NCBI GenBank assembly: GCA_040384705.1
Contig: JAZKIU010000002.1
Location: 1 to 57,534 of the forward strand
Direction of reading: 5' to 3'
Source: Patescibacteria group bacterium
GTDB lineage: Bacteria > Patescibacteriota > Minisyncoccia > Phycocordibacterales > Phycocordibacteraceae
DNA: 57,534 nucleotides
Every line of letters starts with the position of its first letter. Position 1 is the first letter of the stretch. Shown piece by piece: positions 1 to 9,000 of this stretch. Made by a program: the position numbers and the translations under genes. The notes under the pieces were generated by a model. It saw only the letters and a program-made list of their open reading frames with translations. It was not told the DNA's origin and did no database searches.

Positions 1-79
1 GTAGCGAGGAAGAGCGTGGAGGTCGCGCTCAAGGTCGTACCGTTCGCCGCGTAGTACGGGAACTGGCCGGTGGTGCCCG
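1..79 (-). repeat. Intragenic repeat copy, pairs with 3832..3910
   Basis: 79 nt with 1 mismatch to 3832..3910. The offset of 3831 nt (1277 codons) is in frame. It encodes ...GTTGQFPYYAANGTTLSATSTLFLAT. The repeat may extend left of the window. Confidence 0.9.
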
Positions 80-3000
80 AGCCCACGGTGCCGGAGCCGC
101 TTCCGCTACCGACGCAGGTGCCATTCACCGCGAAGCAGCCGGAGGCGAGATTGATGCCGTTCGCGAAGGTGGATGATGCTGACCCGGTCTGATTGATAGC
201 GAGGACGTTCAAGCCGCCTGCGAATGTGGAGGTGGCGGTCGTCGTGGCCGTGTAATGCGAAGCCACGACTTCTCCCACGACCGAGAGCTTGGCGTACGGC
301 GAGGAAGTACCTATACCGACCCTGCCGCTATCGCTTATGACCATGGAAAGGATCGGTGCTACGGCATCCGCATTCGATTGCTTTATATAGAACTCGAGCT
401 GGCCCTTGCTGAACGTATCGGTTCGCTGGAACACGATACCGGCGCCGACGTTCGGGTTGGTGCCTGCGGACCATGCGATACCTTGGCCGACGCCGGTGGA
501 TGCGGTCGTTAACTTGAATACTGTATTGTAATTGGCTACATCACCGAGATTCGTGTACGCATCCTTGCTTGTACTTACGTAGAGCGGAGCGAGCGGAGCG
601 GTGCTCCCGATGCCCACGTACCCGCTGGTCGCAAGGAAGATGCTCGATGTCGCCGTGAGCGTGGTGCCGTTCGCCGCGTAGTACGGGAACTGGCCGGTGG
701 TGCCCGAGCCCACGGTGCCGGAGCCGCCTGCGGCACCCACGCAGGTGCCGTTCACCGCGAAGCAGCCTGACGTAAGGTTGATGCCGCCCGTACCGTAAAG
801 GGTCGACGTCGCAGTGGTGAAGTTCGCAATACCACCAATGGACAGAGGCGATCCCGGAGTGGTGGTGCCTATACCGAGATACCCGTTGGTATTGATGGTG
901 AGCGCTGACATCGAGCTCGTCGCGTAGGTAGTCGGCGAAGACGTCGCGATGTAGAGATTCCCGTTTATCGAACGGAAGTTATACGGATTAGAGGAGGTCG
1001 AGCCGTCCGCGAGCATGAGCTGCGGGAGGGTCGAAGTCGCGATAGTGACCTGGCGTAGCGGCGTAGTACTGGTGCCGACCGCGAGCGTGGCCCCGATGAG
1101 CGCGTCCTGCTGGAGGAACGTATCGCCGGCCACCCCAAATATTCCGGCGAATGAGCCGCTCCCTTGAGAGAGGACGCTTCCCTCATCATCGACGTAGAAC
1201 ACGAACGTGTCGGTCGAGTCGTATACGTTGAAGAAGCCGCCTGCGCCGAGCTTCACGTCCACGCTCTCGGTACTAGTAAGCGAGAGACTTTCTTCAGCAT
1301 CCCCATTGAATTTGCTCTCAAGCGTTGCAAAGTTGCCGATATGCAGTTGCGCAATATCCGAGCCGGCCTTCACGCTGACCGCCCCGCTCGTGCTGATGCT
1401 GAGCGACGACGTCGCCGTAAGTGTGGTGCCGTTCGCAGCGTAGTACGGGAACTGACCGGTAGTGCCCGAGCCCACGGTGCCGAGACCGAGCGAGCTCGTC
1501 GCCGTCAGCGTATACCCTCCTGCACTGTTCCCCACCAGTATCTGTCCATACGATGGGAGCGTTGAGAGTCCCGTACCGCCGTACGCCACCGAGATGGTGG
1601 AGGAGGCGGAGACCACGCCATTGAGCGCTTGAAGAGGGCCGGTGAGGGAACCGATGGTAAGCCCGCCATTGAATGTATTGAGTGCGCTGAATGTGTTGGC
1701 GGTGTACGCCTTCGGTATGGTGGTCGAGGCGTGGATGTATGCGTTCACGCTCGCATCGAAGTCGCTGATCGTGGACGCCGCTTGGGTACCCGTGTGGTTG
1801 GCGCGGGCGAGGTAGTATGCGCCTTCCTGGCCATCGAAGGTGCCGGTCCAGTCGCCGGTGGCGTTGAGGGTGAGGGCGCCACCCACATTGCTGAGCCCGG
1901 TGCCCGTGAGGTCGGTGAAGGTCTCGCTGTTAATACCGAGGGAGGAGGTGGTGGCGTTGGTGGTGAGGAGCGTCGGGAATGTGTTAACCGTGGTCGAGGT
2001 CGAAGTGAAATACGAGGCGACCGCTTGGCCGGCGACGGAGAGTCGCGCGTACGGCGACGAAGTACCGATCCCGACGTTACCAGTCGCCGTATCTATATAG
2101 AGGCGGGAGTTCGAACCGTCCGTAACGTTCACCCCGGCAGCTGCCTCAAGATTGAGGACGTTAGCGCCTGCGGAGTTATAGATGTACGCGCGGTTCGTAC
2201 CGTTCTGCTGGAACGAGAGCGAGCCTCCACTCGTCGCGTTCCCGATGGAAACGACCGTGTAGCCGACGACGCTCGCTGGCGAGCCGTTCCCTATCCCGAC
2301 GTTACCCGTGTTCTCGATGAAGATGCGATTCGTGCCGTTCGTCTCGAATGCGAGCGCATTGTCATCGTTCGTACCGAGCGTCGCCGTATTAGCGAAGCTG
2401 TTCCCGTCCTGCTGGAAGAAGGAATAGCCGAGCGAGCTCGTCGCCGTCAGTGTGTATCCGCCCGAACCATTGCCCACGAGGACTTGCCCATAGCTCGGCG
2501 CGCTTGTGAGGCCGGTGCCGCCGTAGAGAACACCGATAGAGGTAGTGGCGGAGACCACACCGTTAAGCGCTTGAAGAGGGCCGGTGAGCGAGCCGATGGT
2601 GAGTCCACCATTAAATGTGTTGAGTGCGGTATATGTATTCGCGGTATATGCCTTCGGTATGGTGGTCGATGCATGGATGTATGCGTTCACTGAATCGTTG
2701 AAATCAGAGATGGTCGACGCCGCTTGGGTACCCGTGTGGTTCGCGCGTGCGAGGTAGTATGCACCTTCCTGGCCGTCGAAGGTGCCGGTCCAGTCGCCGG
2801 TGACATTCACGTTGAGGGAGCCACCCGAGATAGAGAGGCCGGTACCGGTGATGTCGGAGAGATAGTCCGCGCCGAGCGCGAAGCCGGTGAAGGAACCACC
2901 TGCTGCGGTGGAGGTCCCGGACAGGATTGCATTGCCTGTGTTGGTGACTGAGAAGAGCGTTGAGGTTGCCGAGGCGGTGGAGGAGCCGATGGCGAAGAGA

Positions 3001-6000
3001 GTCGTCGCGGTGTCTCCATTGTTCGTCTGGATGCTGAACTTCGCATACGGGGAGGAGGTACCGACGCCGAGCTTGCCGCTCGTCGGGAGCGTGAAGACGG
3101 TCGTCGTTGCAGGAAGAGTTCCGAAGACGAGGCCACCGATGTTGAGCTGGTTATTTGCGGTTCCTGATGGGAAGAATGTGTTGTTGCCGATGCCGATGTT
3201 GCCGGAGCCGGTCGTGAGATCGTTGTCGGAAGTCGAAGGACCGATGAGGATGTTGCTGTGCCCGGTCGAGACCAACTTACCCGACTGGTATCCCAGGAAG
3301 GTGTTGTAGTCGGAGCCGGTGACCATGGCATTACCGGCCTGATAACCGATAACGGTATACCCGCGAGCATTGAACGGCAGGCTGCCGGCAGAGAACGCAC
3401 CTATCGCTATAGTTGCGGTCGCGCTCGTATTGTTAGTGGATGCCTGGTAGCCGACCGCGACGTTATTACTTCCGGTGACGGTCTGCGAAAGTGCCGAATC
3501 CCCGACCGCGACGTTGTCTGTACCAGTCGTATTCCTCCGGAGCGCCTGGAAGCCGAACGCATCGTTACTGAGCCCGGTAGTGTTCGCGCTGAGCGCTCGG
3601 TAGCCGAAGGCAGATAGACGGAACGTTCCGCTCGTCGTCGCATTCTGGCCGCCAGCCTCAAGGCCGAAGATCGTCGTCGAATGCGTCGACGACGCATACC
3701 CGAGCAGGCGTCCGTCCAGCTTGTACCCGCCGGTGATAGCGGATGTATTGAAGAACCCGGATGCGTAGACGTCGCCCGCGACACCGAGCTTGGCCGCTGG
3801 TGTGGTCGAGCCGATGCCGACGTTGCCGGTAGTAGCGAGGAAGAGCGTGGAGGTCGCGCTCAAGGTCGTACCGTTCGCCGCGTAGTACGGGAACTGGCCC
3901 GTGGTGCCCGCGCCTGTCACGCCAAGCCCGAGGGAACTGGTTGCGGTGAGGGTGTACCCCCCTGCTGCATTCCCCACCAGTATCTGTCCGTACGATGGGA
4001 GCGTTGAGAGTCCGGTGCCTCCATATGCCACTGAGATGGTTGAGGAGGCGGAGACCACGCCGTTGAGCGCTTGGAGCGGACCGGTGAGCGAGCCGATGGT
4101 CATGCCGCCCGAGAAGATGTTGCTGCCAGTGAAGGTGTTGGCGGTGTACGCCTTCGGTATCGTCGTGGAGGCGTGGATGTATGCGTTGACCGAGGCGTCG
4201 AAGTCGCTGATGGTCGACGCCGCTTGCGTCCCCGTGTGGTTCGCGCGGTCGAGATAGTAGGAACCTTCCTGGCCGTCGAAGGTGCCGGTCCAGTCGCCTG
4301 ACACACTTGCATTGAGGACACCGGCAGTGATGGTAAGCCCCGTACCAGTGATGTCGGTGAGATAGTCCGCGCCGAGCGCGAAGCCGGTAAAGGCGCCAGC
4401 GGCTGCGGTTGAAGTACCCGACAATATTGCGTTACCCGCGTTGGTCACAGAAAAGAGGGTCGATGTCGCGCTTGCGGTGGAGGAGCCGATGGCGAAGAGA
4501 GTCGTCGCGGTGTCTCCATTGTTCGCGTGGATGCTGAACTTCGCAGCCGAAGATGACGACCCTACGGAGAGAGTGCCGGTGGTCGGGAGTCTGAATACGC
4601 TATCGGTCGACGTCGCCGGGAGCGTACCGAATACGAAGTTACCGAGATTGAACTGATTATTCCCCGTCGCGCTCGGGAAGCGGGAATTGAAGCCGATGCC
4701 GATATTGTTATCGCCGGTCGTGATATATCCAGCACCGGTGGTGTTGGTCTGCGCACCGAGGATGATGTTGTTGTACCCAGTGGTGTTGAGGTACCCAGCC
4801 TGGAACCCGAGGAAAGTGTTGTAGTCGGACTGGTTGCTGACCCTATACCCGGCACGATGCCCGAGATACACGCTCCCTTGCGAGGCGAAGAGACCGGATC
4901 CGGTGCCGGCCTGCGTACCGATGGCGACCGTGCTCGTCGCGGCGGTCGCGAGCGTCAGCGCCTCGTAACCCATGACTACGTTGTCCTGTCCCGTCGCCAA
5001 TAGTGGTGCAGCATTGAAGCCCATCACCGTGTTACCGCTGCCTCTCGTGTTGGACGACAGCGCAAGATCGCCTACCGCCGTATTGTTGCCGCCGACCGTA
5101 TTCAGTTCGAGCGCTCGCTGACCGATAGCGGTGTTGTGCTCTCCCGTGGTGTTCGCGCTGAGCGCCCGGGAACCGAAGGCACTGTTGCTGAAGATGCCCG
5201 AAGATGTCGTTGCGCTCTGTCCGCCGGCACCGATACCGAAGACGGTGACGGCGTTCGTGGACGACGCATATCCCACGAGCTGGTTGTCTATCTTGTACCC
5301 GCCCGTGGTTCCGCTGGTATTGAAGAAGCCGGATGCATAGACGTCGCCCGCGACACCGAGCTTCGCTGCAGGAGTCGTCGTGCCGATACCAACGTTCGTA
5401 CCGGTGCTGTTGTATATGTCGGAGCCGGAGACGGACCAGTAGTTGGAGAGACCCAAGCTCGATGTCGCCGTCAGCGTATACCCTCCTGCACTGTTCCCCA
5501 CCAGTATCTGTCCGTACGAGGGGAGCGTTGAGAGTCCGGTGCCTCCATATGCCACTGAGATGGTTGAGGAGGCGGAGACCACGCCGTTGAGCGCTTGGAG
5601 CGGACCGGTGAGCGAGCCGATGGTCATGCCGCCCGAGAAGATGTTGCTGCCAGTGAAGGTGTTGGCGGTGTACGCCTTCGGTATCGTCGTGGAGGCGTGG
5701 ATGTATGCGTTGACCGAGGCGTCGAAGTCGCTGATGGTCGACGCCGCTTGCGTCCCCGTGTGGTTCGCGCGGTCGAGATAGTAGGAACCTTCCTGGCCGT
5801 CGAAGGTGCCGGTCCAGTCGCCCGTTGCGTTGAGGGTGAGGGCGCCACCCACATTGCTGAGCCCGGTGCCCGTGAGGTCGGTGAAGGTCTCGCTGTTAAT
5901 ACCGAGGGAGGAGGTGGTGGCGTTGGTGGTGAGGATGTTCCCGAATGTCTGCGTTCCTGCCCAGGTGTTGCTGGTGGTGGTGCCGAAGGCGAGGCTTATC

Positions 6001-9000
6001 GCATTAAGGGTGCGCACGAGCGGGTATGCAAAGGAGAGGGCGTTCTCGTAATCGACGCCGGCGAGGGCCGAGAGTATGCCGCCCGTACCGTTCCCCTTCA
6101 GAATACCCGTGAGCGTGGTGGAGCCGGTGCCGCCGTACGCCACCGAGATGGTGGAGGAGGCGGATACCACCCCGTTGAGCGCTTGAAGAGGACCGGTGAG
6201 CGAGCCGAGGGTGAGATTTCCTGCAGTGACCGTACCGGTCGCGGTAAGGTTCGCGAGCGAGAGATTGCCGGAGAAGAGCGCGTTGCCCTGCACCGAGAGC
6301 TGGGTCGACGCGGTGGTCGTACCGATGCCGAGGAAGTTGGAGAAGTACGACTTGCCGTGCACTTCGAAGATGCTCGTGAGTGTCGAGGTCGCGCTGTTCC
6401 CTACGATGACCACATCCGAGGTGTCGGCCGGATAGACAGCGAGGCTGTCGGAGGTCGTGGCCCATGCGCCTGCGCCCCCGCCGCCGCCGGTCGTTAGATC
6501 AGCGCCCCACGCAGGAAGGCCGCCCGTCACCTTGAGCACCTGGCTCGGATTCCCTATTGGAAGCCTCGTCAGATTGCCCGAACCGTCAGCGTAGATGAGA
6601 TCGCCCGCCGCGTAGCTATCGAAGCCGGTGCCGCCGCGCGCCTGCCCGAGCGTGCCGGTAGTGTCGCCAAGCGCTATGCCGAGCGTCGATGTGGCGCGCG
6701 TTCCCCATGCGGAACCGGTCCAGGAAAGCAGATCACCGAATGCGCTACCGCCGATGTGCGGGACGGTCGATGAGCCGCTGATGTAGGAGCCCACCGCTGC
6801 GCTGAAATCAGAGATGGTCGACGCCACTTGGGTACCCGTGTGGTTGGCGCGGTCGAGGTAGTAGGAACCTTCCTGGCCGTCGAAGGTGCCGGTCCAGTCG
6901 CCCGTTGCGTTGAGGGTGAGGGCGCCACCCACATTGCTGAGCCCGGTGCCCGTGAGGTCGGTGAAGGTCTCGCTGTTAATACCGAGGGAGGAGGTGGTGG
7001 CGTTGGTGGTGAGGATGTTCCCGAATGTCTGCGTTCCTGCCCAGGTGTTGCTGGTGGTGGTCGAGAGTGCACTAGCGAAGACGCCTGTCGAGCTGTTGTA
7101 CGTGAGCGGGTAGACCGCGGAGAGCGATGTGGAGGAGACCTTGTTGTTGAAGACGGACCAGTCAGCTGGGATGAGGAAGCCCTTGGTCGAAGCGGAGGCC
7201 GCCTGACCGTTGGTGTAGTCGATGGAAATGTTGCCGGACGTCGCGTCGAAGTCCGCAGCAGTGAAGCTCGCAGCACCCTTCGTGGTCCCGTCTGCTGCGG
7301 CGTTCTGTATGGAAAGCGTGGAGCCGCTAAAGGAAAGCGGTGAGGAGACGGTAGTCGACTGCGCTTGTCCGCTCGCATTGGTGGAAAGGAGCGAAGAGGT
7401 CACGCCTGTGATCGCGAGGTTGGTCGACGTTGCGGTGCCGACCACCGTGAATCCGCCGTTCACGGTTGAGGACGCGGTCGAGAGGAATCCGCTCGTGAAC
7501 GTCTGGAGCGCGCCCCAGGTGTTGGCGGTCGTGGTGCCGAACGCGAGGCTGATGACATTGCTTGCGATCTGGAGAGGGTAGGTCGCGCCCGTGATGCGCG
7601 CGAGGTATGCAGCATTCCATTCCGTCGTCGAAGCGGTGAGCGGGATCACATAACCGGACGTGAGGGAGAAGTCGCCGGTGCCGCTGGTGTACGTGAGGCC
7701 GGTGGCGGACGAAGAGAAGAGGCCGCGCGCGGTAGAAGCGAAGTCGCTGATGGTCGAAGCGAGCTGTGTCCCCGTGTGGTTGGCGCGGGCGAGATAGTAC
7801 GCGCCTTCCTGGCCATCCAGCGTTCCCGTCCAGTCGCCGGTCCTATCGAGCGTGAGCGCGCCTGCGGTTATGACGAGTCCGGAGCCGGTGAGGTCAGTAA
7901 GGTAGTCGCTGCCGAAACGGAGCGCGTTCGTTATCTGCGCGAGCGCGAAGGTAGAAGTTGCGGTGGTCGAGGTCGCGGTGAAGTATTCCGCGACCGCCTG
8001 CCCTACCACCGAGAGCTTCGCGTACGGCGAAGTGGTGCCGATGCCGACGTTCCCCGTCGGCGATACGAAGACGCTCGATGTCGCGGAGACCGTCGTGCCG
8101 TTCGATTCGTAGTATGCAATCTGGCCAGCGGTACCGGTGTTCACGGTGCCTGACCCACCGCCTCCTCCGCCCGTGACGCATGTCCCGTTTACCGCGAAGC
8201 AGCCGCCCGTGAGATTGATGCCGCCCGTCGCGTAGAAGGTGGAGGTCGCGGTGGTGAAGTTCGCGATGTTCGCGAGCGAGAGGAGCGAGCCAGGCGTCGA
8301 GGTGCCGACACCTACGTTGCCCGAGGAGTCGACGGTGATACGCGGAAGGTTATTCGTCTCGAGCTGGAGGCCCTGCGCGTCATTGGTGCCGAGCACCGCG
8401 GTCGTGCCGAAACTGTTCCCGTTCTGGAGGAAGAAGCCGGATGCGAGGCTCGAGGTCGAGACCGAGAGGACACCGCTCGCATTCATGAGGCCGTTGCCGA
8501 GAAGCGACGTGAAGAGATTGCTACCGAGGCGGAAGTTCGTCGTCGAGAAGGTGGTGGAGGTTGCGTATGTCGAGGAAGCGTTCGTCGCGAGGATCGTATC
8601 GATGTATGCGTTGCGCCAGGTGCGGGTCGACGACCCGAGGTCGTAGGTGCTCGTGGTGGACGGGATGAGCGACGAATCGATGGAGGAATTGATAGTGAGC
8701 GTGTCGCTCGAAGCATCGCCGAGGGTCGTGTTGCCGTTCGCCGCGATGTTGCCGGAGAAGACCGACGTTGCGGTGGTCGAGGTCGCGAGCACGTACGGTC
8801 CTGCGAGATAGTCGCCCGCCTCGATGCGCTTCGCGTAGAAGCCGCCCGCGAAGCTCGAGGTCGCGGTGGTCGAGGTGGCGGTGAACGATGGCCCGATGAG
8901 CGAGCTCGTGACGGAGAGGTTCGAGACGGTGAAGCTACCGACCGTGAGCGTTCCGGTGATGTTCGAGTCGCCGGTGACGGTGAGGTCGCCATTCACGGTG

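Noticed and set aside
1-8200. Repeated sequence blocks considered as a CRISPR array or non-coding tandem repeat.
   Set aside because: The repeats are 79-328 nt, irregularly spaced at 936-3966 nt, always offset by multiples of 3, and translate into conserved protein modules. They are not short direct repeats with unique spacers.
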